Below, piece by piece: positions 49,493 through 62,670 of a stretch of 64,000 nt of DNA. Source of the DNA: Eledone cirrhosa (Eukaryota); assembly GCA_964016885.1 (NCBI GenBank), contig OZ024740.1:335420001-335484000 (forward strand), written 5' to 3'. Position numbers and translations under genes: made by a program. The notes below the pieces were generated by a model. The model was not told where the DNA came from. It did not search any database and was given only the letters and a program-made list of their open reading frames with translations. The first letter of the stretch is position 1, and each line of letters starts with the position of its first letter.

Positions 49493-52400
49493 GAACTGTT
49501 ATGCAATGCTACCTGAAAAGTAACCCCAAGGAGAGGGGCTACAGGAGACGGATGCATAACATCTGGAACGAGATTGGTTTATTTAAATTAGATGAACAAA
49601 AATTGGCCGGGCAGGCTCGGGTAATAAGAACTAATGGGTGGATAAGCGAGCTGGAACTGGAGGAACTGAGCAGAGAGAATGGCTTGGAGATGGCGGGTGT
49701 AGTATGCCAGACAAGCGAGCCGGTGGGAAATGAAGGTGAGGAGGTCCTGAGAACGGAGGAACCACCCGAAGCAGACAATGATCTGAATACTGAGATAAAT
49801 AATACCTGGAACAGAGATACGGCCACTGAGGAGATGAATGCTGACGGGCTAGGACAAGATTCGGTTGACATCCTAAATTTAGTGGTAGATGAGTTGAACA
49901 ATGATAGTGGGAGACCTATGAACCTAAGATTTGTAGACAGGAAAAAGTTAAAAGAAACAACAGCTAAGGTAAACAAAGTCATCCCATACCTTGAGGCGAG
50001 GAGCCTTCACCAGTGCAACAATATCCTCAGAGCAACAGCAAATACGGTGAGGAAACTACTTGGTATAAAAGCGAGAGGAAACAACAGACAAGAAAGAGCA
50101 GAGCCGTGGTGGAAGAAGCGACTGAGTGGGCAAATCGGGGAAATGAGAAATGACATAGGAAAGCTTGAGTCACTACTGAATGGGACACTAAAAAACATAG
50201 GCACTAAAAATAGACTGGAAATAAAATACAAAACTAGGAGTAAAAAGCTAAATATTATCATAGAGGAATTGAAGCAACGCATTGTAGCAAAGAGTGCAAA
50301 AATCAGGCGATACGAGAACAGAATCAGTCAGTATAAACAGAACCGCATGTTCGACAACAACCAGAAGATGCTGTTTGGACAGCTTGAGGGCAAAGAAAGA
50401 GGCAACGACTTGATCCCTGGGGCGGAGCAAACTAAAACATTCTGGAGAGGAATATGGGAGCAGGATGTTAGACACAATGCCCAGGTAGGGTGGATTGAGA
50501 CAGTACAGAGGGAGATCGGTGAGCAGGCACAGCAACAGACTGATTTGAGTATCACAGTTGAAACTCTTAAGGGACAAGCCAAAAAACTAACCAACTGGAA
50601 ATCGCCAGGCCCAGATGGTGTGCAGGGGTATTGGATTACACATCTAACATCCCTCCACCCGAAGCTGACGGCCATGTTCAATGACTGCTTGGTGTCGGGT
50701 GGGGTGCCAGAGTGGTTGACAAAAGGTACCACAGTTCTGATAATGAAAGACCGAATCAAGGGTAATGATGCTACCAACTATAGACCTATCACATGTCTGC
50801 CCGTAATGTGGAAACTGTTGACGAGCATTGTGTCTGAGGAAATCTACCATCACCTCCACACAAACAACTTGTTACCGGACGAACAGAAAGGATGCCGAAA
50901 GAAGTCACGTGGTACAAAGGACCAGTTGCTTATTGATAAGATGGTAATGGGGAATTGCAGGAGGAGACACACTGATCTTGCCATGGGATGGATAGACTAC
51001 AGAAAGGCATTTGACATGGTGCCTCATTCCTGGATCACCAAAAGCCTGGAGATCTTCAGGGTGGCGGATAACATCAGACAGTTGCTAGGCAGGAGTATGG
51101 GGTCCTGGGAGACAGAGTTGACATCAACTGGAGTATCCTTGGGAAGCGTGAAGATCAAGAGAGGTATCTTCCAGGGAGATAGCCTGTCCCCTCTGTTGTT
51201 TGTCCTTGCCCTGATGCCCTTGACCATTATGCTGCGAAAAGTGAGAGCAGGATACAAGTTGGGAAGGGGAGAGCTTACCATCAATCACCTCCTCTTCATG
51301 GACGATCTTAAGCTCTTCGGGAAAAGTGAGAAGGAGTTGGATGTGCTTGTTGACACTGTCCGTATTTTCAGCAGTGATATATGTATGCAGTTTGGTATTG
51401 GTAAATGTGGAGTCATTGTGATGAAGAGGGGTAGGTTGAGCAGAAGTAACGGGATCCAGATACCAACAGGTGAGATGATAAAGGAAATTGACTCTGAGGA
51501 AGGATACAAGTATTTGGGCGTTCTGGAGGCTGATGGCATAAAGAACAAAAAAATGAAGGAATTGTTAAGAACTGAATACATTCGGAGAGTAAGGAGCGTA
51601 TTGAAGTCACATCTGAACAGCAGAAATGCCATAAGCGCAGTAAATTCCCGAGCTGTGTCTATTATTAGGTACAGTGCGGGAATTCTGAGATGGAATGTTG
51701 CTGAACAGAAAGAAATGGATAGGAAGACTAGGAAGCTATTGACTATCTACAACATGTTCCACAAGAGGAGTGATGTCGATAGACTCTACCTAAGGAGATC
51801 TGAGGGTGGAAGAGGTCTTATCAGCATAGAGGACTGTGTTCAGATGGAGAAAAACAACCTATACAAATACGTGACCTATAGTAAGGAGCCAATGCTCAGA
51901 GCTGTACTGAAGGAGGGGACAGTAGGCCAGGGGATGTCCAGGGAGGAAATAACATCAAGGAGGAAGAGCAGCCTTAAGGGAAAACCCCTTCATAGTACCT
52001 TCTTTGAGAAAACTGAATTTAGAGATCCACAGACATGGAACTGGTTGAGAAGAGGAGACCTCAAAAAGGCTACAGAAGGAATGCTAATGGCTGCGCAGGA
52101 GCAGGCCCTCAAAACGAAGTGGTTGAAGCACCATATCTACAAGGAGGAGGCCAGCCCACTGTGCAGGATCTGTGGAGAGAGAGAGGAGACTGTGGCTCAC
52201 ATTGTGTCCGAGTGTAAACACCTAGCCCAGACCCACTATAAGGGCTGGAGACACGATGTGATGGGCAGGGTGATCCACTGGCACCTGTGAAAAGTAAACA
52301 ATCTACCACATTCTGAGAAATGGTATGAGCATAGGCCAGAGGCGGTGATGGAGAACAATCAGGTGAAGGTGCTGTGGGATTTTAGGATACAGACGGACAA

Positions 52401-52813
52401 AAAACTGGAACACAATAGACCTGACCTGGTGGTTGTGGACAAAGAAAAAAGATCGTGCCTGATTGTGGATGTGGCCTGCCCGTTCGACACGAGAGTGCAA
52501 GAGAAGGAGAGGGAGAAAATTAACCGATACCAGGACCTAAAGTGGGAGGTGAAAAGGATTTGGAACTGCCATGAAGTCAAAGTGATCCCGATTGTCATAG
52601 GCGCACTGGGGACTATCTCCAAAAGTTTCCAGGGATGGTTAAAGAAAATCGGCCTCTTCACGCTTTTTGGAACGCTTCAAAAGGCATGCTTGCTTGGAAC
52701 AGCAAGAACCCTCCGATACGTCCTGAATATCTGAGGCTGCAGGTAGTGGCTTGATATTCAATCCAACGGACTTTCCAGTTAACCAACATCAATGACTGAG
52801 ATTCAAGGAATAA
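49492..52813 (+). mobile_element. R4/Dong family A copy 2 (longer, 5'-truncated); ORF 49501..52734 has one premature TGA at 52288-52290
   Basis: Nearly identical to 38162-40641 over the shared length. TGC in copy 1 is TGA here. (AAT)n lies on both flanks and is followed by (GAA)n at 52837-52944. Confidence 0.93.
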
Positions 52814-52834
52814 CAATAATAATAATAATAATAA

Positions 52835-52865
<31 letters not shown>

Positions 52866-53904
52866 AAGAAGAAGAAGAAGAAGAAGAAGAAGAAGAAGAA
52901 GAAGAAGAAGAAGAAGAAGAAGAAGAAGAAGAAGAAGAAGAAGAGGCACGTGGTGGATAGAAGGTCATAAAATCGCTCCCGTAAGTTTTTGATTTTTAAC
53001 ATATTTAAAACAATTGTGATATAACAATTCTTAGTACAAATGATACATAAAGCACCAGGCTCAACACTCAGAAAAATTCGAATCCATAATATCCTGTTAT
53101 ATCGCTCAAATATTCAATTCTGTATTATGAATGTTATATTCAAAAAAGAAAATGGTTATAAATGGAAGAACCCCCCCCCTGTCTACACTATATAGAACAG
53201 CCAAATAACAGCAATTTCACCAACACCACAAAGTAGATACACCACCTACCCCATAACCCCTATGTGTACACTAAATACAACAGCCACATAACGGCAATTT
53301 CACCACCACCACCACCAATACCAGCATAATAATAATAATTACTATTATTATTGTCTCAAGTTTTCACAAAATGTTTAATTCAAATATTAAGAGAATATGT
53401 CAACACATATATTAAACATACGCGACAAACCGCATAGATACACAGTCAAACAAACTACAGTCTATTCAACAAAACTCAGTAACGACAACGCCATCACTAT
53501 AGTCACCGCCGCCACCACCCCAGCCATCATTACTACCACTATCCAATCACCGCTGCCACCACTCCTTCATTGCTACACCACTATTCCCCCATTACCTTCT
53601 GTTCACTTAAGAAAGGGGAAGGTGGCGGTATCACTAGACAAGGCAGAGGCTAGCAAAAGATATAAATAGAATGACTTAGTGACCCGGCCAAATGTCAACG
53701 ACTATGGCACTGCTGCCCCCCCCCCCTCCCCACCAACAATAGAAAAAGCCCCAGCACCACCACCGACATAGCCAACAACCATAACAGGCAACTTCAGCAA
53801 AATTATATTATATTATTAATAATTTCATTCTTAAGCCACGCAATGCTCACTTTAAGGAACCACTCATGATAATAACAATTTAAAAAAAACAACAAAAAAG
53901 AAAA

Positions 53905-56900
53905 CCCCGTGACCAAGAAATACCGGGATGGAGACCGGCGGGGAATAGCCGTGTCTCTAGGGGAGGACGACCCCTCTAGTCTTGGTTGACACTCGTCCTA
54001 GAAGTGGTAACAGGAAATGATTACCCCTTGGCGGATAAGGATAAAACGCGACAAAATAAAGTAAATGTCAAATGATAAAATCTCATACCAGATCGGTCGT
54101 CACCCTGGTCAAAAAGGGCCGCGTCCCTCAGAGAGGAACAAGACTGGGGTCGAAAAATCAGCTAACGGTTCAAACCCTCCCATCACTTCGGAGCTGGAGA
54201 CCTCCCATAACCGGAATACTCCTACTGTTGGCCCTCCATGCTCACCACCAAGAAATCCAAAGAAAAAGAGAGAAAAATGGTCAAGGGAAGATAATAAAGA
54301 TGTCCTACCCATCAAATACATCGAATACAGAACAGACATATATCAACTGGAAAAAGAAACATCCCGAAAACAGAGGCTATATTGACAGTAACAAACTAGC
54401 CAATATACGAAAAAATACTGTAAAAAAAAAGTTACTAACTGATTTAGAAATTGATCAGATCAAGCTATTAGCACAAAGTCAGCGAAGGGAGAATCAAACA
54501 TGTGCCAGTGAAAACGAGGTAAATTGTAACACTTCGAATCCCAGGGTTGGGGCGGAATCACTGACAACAGAATAAATTAAAGAAAGGATCGAAAAAGTGG
54601 AGGGAGTGCATTCTCAAGATGAAACTCAAAATGAAATCAATGAGATCGTAAATGATAAAGAAATGAATGAGAATGAACTTGCCAACTTGAAGAATGAAAT
54701 TATGATCGAATGGATGAAAATGAAAGAATCTGACATGGGGGAACGAGACACCCTCCCTAAGATCCAGAATTCCAAACAGAACCAAAAGATAATACACAAG
54801 ACTAACATAATTCTCAAAAACATTATCATCACAAACCAACTAAACATTACTGATTTAAATCATCTCTATTATGCATCGGATAAAGTCACCACTCACTTAT
54901 GTGGAGTGAAAATGAAAAAACAAAGGAATTCCCACAAGAAATCTACTTGGCAAGAGAACATCAATCGCCAAATAAACCTTTTCCGTTCGGACATAGAAAT
55001 GTTAACAATCTACAAAGTAGGTGAACATGTTAAATAAACTAAACTTAGAAAATTGAAAAGAATATACGTATAAAATCAACAAGTGACATAGACATGCTGA
55101 TAGAAATAATCAAGCAAAAAGTGTCGGCCAAAGCTGCTCGTATAAGGCGCTTTGAAAAACGATATAGATTCTATAAGGACAATAATATGTTCAAAAACAA
55201 CCAAGAAACTTATACAGAAAAATTGGCAAGTCAACAATAACTGCTAAATCAGTACCACCCAAGGAGGAAGTGCAAGAATTATGGGAAGAGATCTGGGCCG
55301 GAGAAAAAGTTCATAATATGCATGCCCCATGTATAGACAGACAAATGAAAGATACAGCTCACCTTGAGAAACAAATATGGGAAAATATAACAGTTGAACA
55401 GTTGCATTTGGCTCTTAGAACAACCAGCAAATGGAAATCCCCAGGAAAAGACAAAATACAAAATTTTTTGATAAATGCCTTCACAGAGTCTCATGAGCTG
55501 TGAGCCCAACTTTACAATGAAATAGTTAAGGAGCCGGAAAAGATACCATCATGGCTAGTTAACGGCATTACATTCCTGCTTCCGAAGAATGATGAGACAA
55601 AAAATCCCCAAAATTACAGACCGATAACTTGCTTGACCACAATGTATAAAATGTTAACATCAGTCCGAACTGAATATACATATGAGCACCTGATAACAAA
55701 TGATCTATTTCCTAATGAGCAGAAAGGGTGTAAACGAGGCTCATATGGCTGTAAGGATCAGCTTTTGTTTCACAAAATGATACTGGAAGATTGTCATAAT
55801 AGACACCAAAATCTATCAGTTGATTATAAAAAAGCATTCGATAGTTTGTCACGCAGTTGGATTGAAAAATGTTTAGAGATTTCTGGGAAAAGATCTGCGC
55901 TGAAGAAAAAGTTCATAATATACATGCCCCATGTATAGACAGACAAATGAAAGGAGATTCCTGTCATTCAGTATGAAGACATGGAAAACGACACTCCTTT
56001 TGAATAGTGAAAAAAAATCTCCGGAAGCTGGAGAAGTTAATATTAATTGTGGAATATTTCAGGGTGACTCTTTATCACCGCTTTTATTCTGCATCGCGCT
56101 TATACCATTAAGTAAAATACTCAATGAAATAAAACATGGATATAAAGTCTATGACAAAACCATTAATCACCTGTTCTACATGGATGACCTGAAACTATTT
56201 GCAAAAAATGATGAACAATTGCAAGTGCGATTATCCACTGTAGAGCAGTTCAATGATGACGTTAAAATGGAGTTTGGACTAAATATATGCGCCAAAGCAA
56301 CGTTCACCAGAGGAAAGCTGCTGAAAATTCAGACATTAATCTTGATCGGGGGAATGTGATAAGAGAACTTGATCAAGAGGAAACTTACAAATATCTAGGT
56401 GTTTGTGAAGGAGACGGAATCAAGCACTCGACAATGAGGGAAAGGATAAGGAAGGAATGTTACCGCAGAGTAAGAGCAATCGTAAGAACGGAATTGAATG
56501 CAAGGAATAGGATCGATGCTATAAACACGCTTGCCATACTAGAAGTAACCTACAGTTACAATGTCATCAACTGGTCAAGCACAGAGATCCGTAGGCTCGA
56601 TACAAAAATTAGAAAATTCTTAACCATGCGCAGAATACATCACCCTAAGGCAGATACAGATAGAATATATCTCCCAAGGAAAGAAGGAGGGCTTGGGTTA
56701 ATCCAGTTAGATATTGCGTTGAAAACTGCAACAATTGGATTATCTACATATCTAAGGGAATCACATGATTGGATGATCAAAGTCGTTTTGAAACACGAAA
56801 GCATTAAAAGATGATACTCCATTACAAAAGATGCACAAAGATACAGTAATGGACTACAAAACACAGAAAAAGCAAAGCAGCTAAGAGTAACTGCAAAGAA

Positions 56901-57833
56901 AGAACTGCTACAGAAACTGGCTAAGAAATGGCAAGAAAAGCCTCTGTATGGAAAATACCCAGAAAGAGCTAACAATCCTGATGTTGACAAAACTTTAACC
57001 CACTAGTGGTTGGCATCCTCTGGACTGAAATCGGAGACTGAAGGAATGATTATATCAACACAAGATCATTGTCTGCCAACAAAAAATTACTAAGCCAATA
57101 TAATAAAAAATGGATGCAACCCATTATACCGTGTATGTAAAAAACAACCAGAGACCAGTGATCATATAATTTCAGTGTGCAGTCCTATAGCTCTAACCGA
57201 ATACCTAAACAGGCATGACAGAGCTGCACAATACATACATTGGATAATGTGTAAGCATTTTGACTTGCCCCATCAAAAGAATTGGTGGGAGCATCAACCA
57301 CCTCCCATACTTGAAAAAGATCACATCTCAATCTTGTGGAACTTTAGCATCCAAACAGACCAAAAAATAGATGCAAATAGACCTGATATAATACTGAAGG
57401 ACTTTAAAAAGAGGGTATGCCTGCTAATTGATATGTCCGTTCCAATAAACAAGAATGTATCTATAAAAACATTTGAAAAATTGAGCAAGTATAAGGACCT
57501 GGAGATAGAAATTAGAAAAATGTGTAAATTGAGAACTAAAACAATACCAGTGGTTGTAGGCGCTCTAGAAATGATACCTAAGAGGTCTAATGATTACTTA
57601 TCGCAAATCCCAGGAAACCCGCGTATATGAGAAATACAAAAGATAGTACTAATTGGAACTGCCCATATACTAAGGAAGATTCTGTCAATATAAGTACATC
57701 ACAAGTCTAAACACCTAAAGATGTGTGTGTATGTATGTTCTTTCTTGAACATGGCGGACCTTGTTGTCTCTTGAGGTCACTGGTTGTGACTTGGTGATAA
57801 CTCGTATGAACATAAAGCAAGATAAATACAACT

Positions 57834-57836
<3 letters not shown>
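53905..57836 (+). mobile_element. R4/Dong family B, apparently full-length but decayed (multiple stops and frameshifts)
   Basis: Motifs KWSREDNK, KWKSPGKD, YRPITCL, GIFQGDSLSP, FYMDDLK, YKYLGV, RHD and NRPDII...LIDMSVP. The 3' UTR ends in (AAT)n at 57837-57886. Confidence 0.88.
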
Positions 57837-57885
<49 letters not shown>

Positions 57886-57887
<2 letters not shown>

Positions 57888-58446
57888 TTTTCTTTATTAA
57901 CCACAAGGGTTCACATAAAGTAGACATTAAGGACAGTACAGGACAATACAGGACGGTACAAATGGGCATTTCTGCGTGTAAAAAAACAGAGGTTGAAATA
58001 AAATAACAAAGAAAAATTCCCCAATAGGGGGGGAGACTTCCAAGGGACATTTGTGGAGAAAGCCCATTAAAAGACCACAGTGGCCCTGACCACCAGGGCA
58101 AGTGCCCTCTCCCAGTTTTCCACCTTTGATTTACAGACACATACTCAGAGAAGGCCCATTCATTCGGGCCATACTTGCTTCTCTCACCCATCTTTCAACA
58201 AAATGCTGGGAAGAGAGCACTTCCCTCTCTACCCTGATTTTCCTTTTCAAATGAAATTTGAAAAAGTTAATCAGGGCATCACCGAAGAGGTATGTGCTCG
58301 TCTTCAGCCCTTTCAAACGTGTCCACCATACTATCTCTTTCGCCATGGCCACCAGACAGATAAAAACTGCCTGCCCTTCCAGGCTAAAGGAAGGGGGGGG
58401 GCAATCCTCACGATGGACTCAGCTGATAGCTGGATCCGTCCTACAA
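57886..58446 (-). mobile_element. Tx1 subfamily C 3' fragment
   Basis: Closely matches 43663-44180 (3' UTR plus AKEIVWWTRLKGLKT...). (AAT)n lies on both flanks. Confidence 0.9.
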
Positions 58447-58466
58447 ATAATAATAATAATAATAAT

Positions 58467-58880
58467 CAAGAAACTGGAACACAATAGACCTGACCTGGTG
58501 GTTTTGGACAAGGAAAAAAGGTCGTGCCTGATTGTAGATGTAGTCTGCCCATTCGACACGAGAGTGCAAGAGAAGGAGAGGGAGAAAATTAACCGATACC
58601 AGGACTTAAAGTGGGAGGTAAGAAGGATTTGGAACTGCCATAAAGTCAAAGTGGTCCCGATTGTCATAGGCAAACTAGGTACTATCTCAAAGAGTTTCCA
58701 AGGATGGTTAAAGAAAATAAGTCCAGCCCCGCTTTTTGGAACACTTCAAAAGGTATGCTTACTGGGAACAGCAAGAACCCTCCGATACGTCCTGAATATA
58801 TGAGGCTGCAGGTAGTGGCTTGATATTCATTTCAACAAACTTTCCAGTTAAATAACATCAATGACTGAGACTCAAAGAAC
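58467..58880 (+). mobile_element. R4/Dong family A 3' fragment (RLE domain and 3' UTR), more diverged
   Basis: KKLEHNRPDLVVLDKEKRSCLIVDVVCPFD...LRYVLNI*, with (AAT)n flanks. Confidence 0.9.
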
Positions 58881-59085
58881 AATAATAATATTAATAATAC
58901 TAATAATATTAATAACAACAACAGCAACAACACAAACAAGAACAACAATTATAGTAACTAGTATAGTGGTGAAACAGAGAAAGATGATTGATGATTATGT
59001 AACTAATGAATAGATGTTGGTTTTAATATGATAATTATTATTATAACAGAAAGAACAAAACAACGATGAGCATTGTAAGAAAAAT

Positions 59086-59268
59086 AATTGTTTCTACTTT
59101 AGGCACAAGACCAGCAAAGTACCCAGTGCATTACTGGTACTTTATTTTATCGGCCCCGTAAGGATGAAAGGCAAAGTCAACCTCGGCGGGATTTAACCTC
59201 AGATCGTAAAGGGAGGTAACTATGCTGGAAAGCATGGCGTCCGATCTTCTACCGATACTGCCAATCCG
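59086..59268 (-). mobile_element. SINE copy (further fragments at ~5782-5838 and ~37630-37720)
   Basis: Same core as the other copies. Confidence 0.85.
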
Positions 59269-59414
59269 AAGAGTTATAAGAAAACAACGAAATCCAGTAA
59301 CAATGATTGCTATCACTAATATCATTACTTCTACTACAGCGCTATTAACAATATGTTATTATATCAATGCCATTAGTGTAATTATTTATCTCATTGTTAT
59401 GACATTTGTTCAGC

Positions 59415-62050
59415 CTCATCGTCATCACCATCAGTAGCACTACCCTCCCTATTACCTTCCATGTCCTTATAGTAATCATCATCACCATCATCACCATCAG
59501 TGGCACTACCCTCCCTATTACCTTCCATGTCCTTATAGTAATCATCATCACCATCATCACCATCAGTGGCACTACCCTCCCTATTACCTTCCATGTCCTT
59601 ATAGTAATCATCATCACCATCATCACCATCAGTAGCACTACCCTCCCTATTACCTTCCATGTCCTTATAGTAATCATCATCACCATCATCACCATCAGTG
59701 GCACTACCCTCCCTATTACCTTCCATGTCCTTATAGTAATCATCATCACCATCATCACCATCAGTGGCACTACCCTCCCTATTACCTTCCATGTCCTTAT
59801 AGTAATCATCATCACCATCATCACCATCAGTAGCACTACCCTCCCTATTACCTTCCATGTCCTTATAGTAATCATCATCACCATCATCACCATCAGTGGC
59901 ACTACCCTCCCTATTACCTTCCATGTCCTTATAGTAATCATCATCACCATCATCACCATCAGTAGCACTACCCTCCCTATTACCTTCCATGTCCTTACAG
60001 TAATCATCATCACCATCATCACCATCAGTGGCACTACCCTCCCTATTACCTTCCATGTCCTTACAGTAATCATCATCACCATCATCACCATCATCACCAT
60101 CATCACCATCAGTGGCACTACCCTCCCTATTACCTTCCATGTCCTTATAGTAATCATCATCACCATCATCACCATCAGTAGCACTACCCTCCCTATTACC
60201 TTCCATGTCCTTATAGTAATCATCATCACCATCATCACCATCAGTGGCACTACCCTCCCTATTACCTTCCATGTCCTTATAGTAATCATCATCACCATCA
60301 TCACCATCAGTAGCACTACCCTCCCTATTACCTTCCATGTCCTTATAGTAATCATCATCACCATCATCACCATCAGTAGCACTACCCTCCCTATTACCTT
60401 CCATGTCCTTACAGTAATCATCATCACCATCATCACCATCAGTGGCACTACCCTCCCTATTACCTTCCATGTCCTTATAGTAATCATCATCACCATCATC
60501 ACCATCAGTGGCACTACCCTCCCTATTAACTTCCATGTCCTTATAGTAATCATCATCACCATCATCACCATCAGTAGCACTACCCTCCCTATTACCTTCC
60601 ATGTCCTTATAGTAATCATCATCACCATCATCACCATCAGTGGCACTACCCTCCCTATTACCTTCCATGTCCTTATAGTAATCATCATCACCATCATCAC
60701 CATCAGTAGCACTACCCTCCCTATTACCTTCCATGTCCTTACAGTAATCATCATCACCATCATCACCATCAGTGGCACTACCCTCCCTATTACCTTCCAT
60801 GTCCTTATAGTAATCATCATCACCATCATCACCATCAGTGGCACTACCCTCCCTATTAACTTCCATGTCCTTATAGTAATCATCATCACCATCATCACCA
60901 TCAGTAGCACTACCCTCCCTATTACCTTCCATGTCCTTATAGTAATCATCATCACCATCATCACCATCAGTGGCACTACCCTCCCTATTACCTTCCATGT
61001 CCTTATAGTAATCATCATCACCATCATCACCATCAGTAGCACTACCCTCCCTATTACCTTCCATGTCCTTACAGTAATCATCATCACCATCATCACCATC
61101 AGTGGCACTACCCTCCCTATTACCTTCCATGTCCTTATAGTAATCATCATCACCATCATCACCATCAGTAGCACTACCCTCCCTATTACCTTCCATGTCC
61201 TTACAGTAATCATCATCACCATCATCACCATCAGTGGCACTACCCTCCCTATTACCTTCCATGTCCTTATAGTAATCATCATCACCATCATCACCATCAG
61301 TGGCACTACCCTCCCTATTACCTTCCATGTCCTTATAGTAATCATCATCACCATCATCACCATCAGTAGCACTACCCTCCCTATTACCTTCCATGTCCTT
61401 ATAGTAATCATCATCACCATCATCACCATCAGTGGCACTACCCTCCCTATTACCTTCCATGTCCTTATAGTAATCATCATCACCATCATCACCATCAGTA
61501 GCACTACCCTCCCTATTACCTTCCATGTCCTTACAGTAATCATCATCACCATCATCACCATCAGTGGCACTACCCTCCCTATTACCTTCCATGTCCTTAT
61601 AGTAATCATCATCACCATCATCACCATCAGTGGCACTACCCTCCCTATTAACTTCCATGTCCTTACAGTAATCATCATCACCATCATCACCATCAGTGGC
61701 ACTACCCTCCCTATTACCTTCCATGTCCTTATAGTAATCATCATCACCATCATCACCATCAGTGGCACTACCCTCCCTATTAACTTCCATGTCCTTATAG
61801 TAATCATCATCACCATCATCACCAACAGTAGTATTACCCTCCCTATTAACTTCCATGTCCTTATAGTAATCATCATCACCATCATCACCATCATCACCAT
61901 CATCACCAACAGTAGCATTACCCTCCCTATTACCTTCCATATCCTTATAGTAATCATCATCACCATCATCACCATCAGTGGCAACAACAGTAGCATTACC
62001 CTCCCTATTACCTTCCATGTCCTTATAGTAATCATCATCATCACCATCAT
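59415..62050. repeat. 66-bp minisatellite, ~40 copies, degenerating rightwards to ~62470
   Basis: The period is 66 (atgtcc at 59461 and 59527). One minus frame repeats the 22-aa unit DGDDGDDDYYKDMEGNREGSAT. Confidence 0.95.
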
Positions 62051-62481
62051 CATCAGCAGCAGCAGCGGCGGCGGTATCATGATCATCATCATCGTCGTCG
62101 TCGTCATCACCATCACCAGCAGCAGCAGCATTACCCTCGTTATTACCTTCAATATCCTTGTCGTAATCATCACCATCGTCATCATGATCATCATAATCAT
62201 CAGTAGCAGTAGCAGCAGCAGTAGCAGAAGCAGCGGCATTACTCGTCATTACCTTCAATGTCATTATTGTAATCATCACCATCATCATCATCATCATCAT
62301 AATCATCATCATCATCATCACCATCAACATAATCATCATCAGCAGCAGCATTACCCTCGTTATTACCTTCAATATCCTTTCCGTAATCATCACCATCATT
62401 ATCATCATTATCAGTAGCAGCATTACCTTTCTCATTACTTTCAATATCATTATCGTAATCACCATCATCATCATCATTATC

Positions 62482-62670
62482 ATCACTTTCATGACTACCA
62501 CCACCATCCCCATCATTGTATCACTTTCATGACTACCACCACCACCCCCATCATTGTATCACTTTCATGACTACCACCACCACCCCCATCATTGTATCAC
62601 TTTCATGACTACCACCACCACCCCCATCATTGTATCACTTTCATGACTACCACCACCATTCCCATCATTG
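62482..62670. repeat. 38-bp tandem repeat, 5 copies
   Basis: tcactttcatgactaccaccaccacccccatcattgta at 62483, 62521, 62559, 62597 and 62635. Confidence 0.9.

Noticed and set aside
52288-52290. Recoded TGA (selenocysteine or readthrough) in Dong copy 2
   Set aside because: The near-identical copy 1 has TGC here, so it is best explained as a private nonsense mutation or sequencing error.
38084-52661. Antisense and alternative-frame ORFs overlapping the LINEs
   Set aside because: They are shadow ORFs of the RT coding sequences, duplicated only because the elements are duplicated.
59397-62516. FLAG-like DYYKD motif / synthetic tag, or an annotated 1039-aa gene
   Set aside because: The similarity is coincidental. 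The array grades naturally into flanking (CAT)n sequence and several frames are open because the unit length is a multiple of 3.
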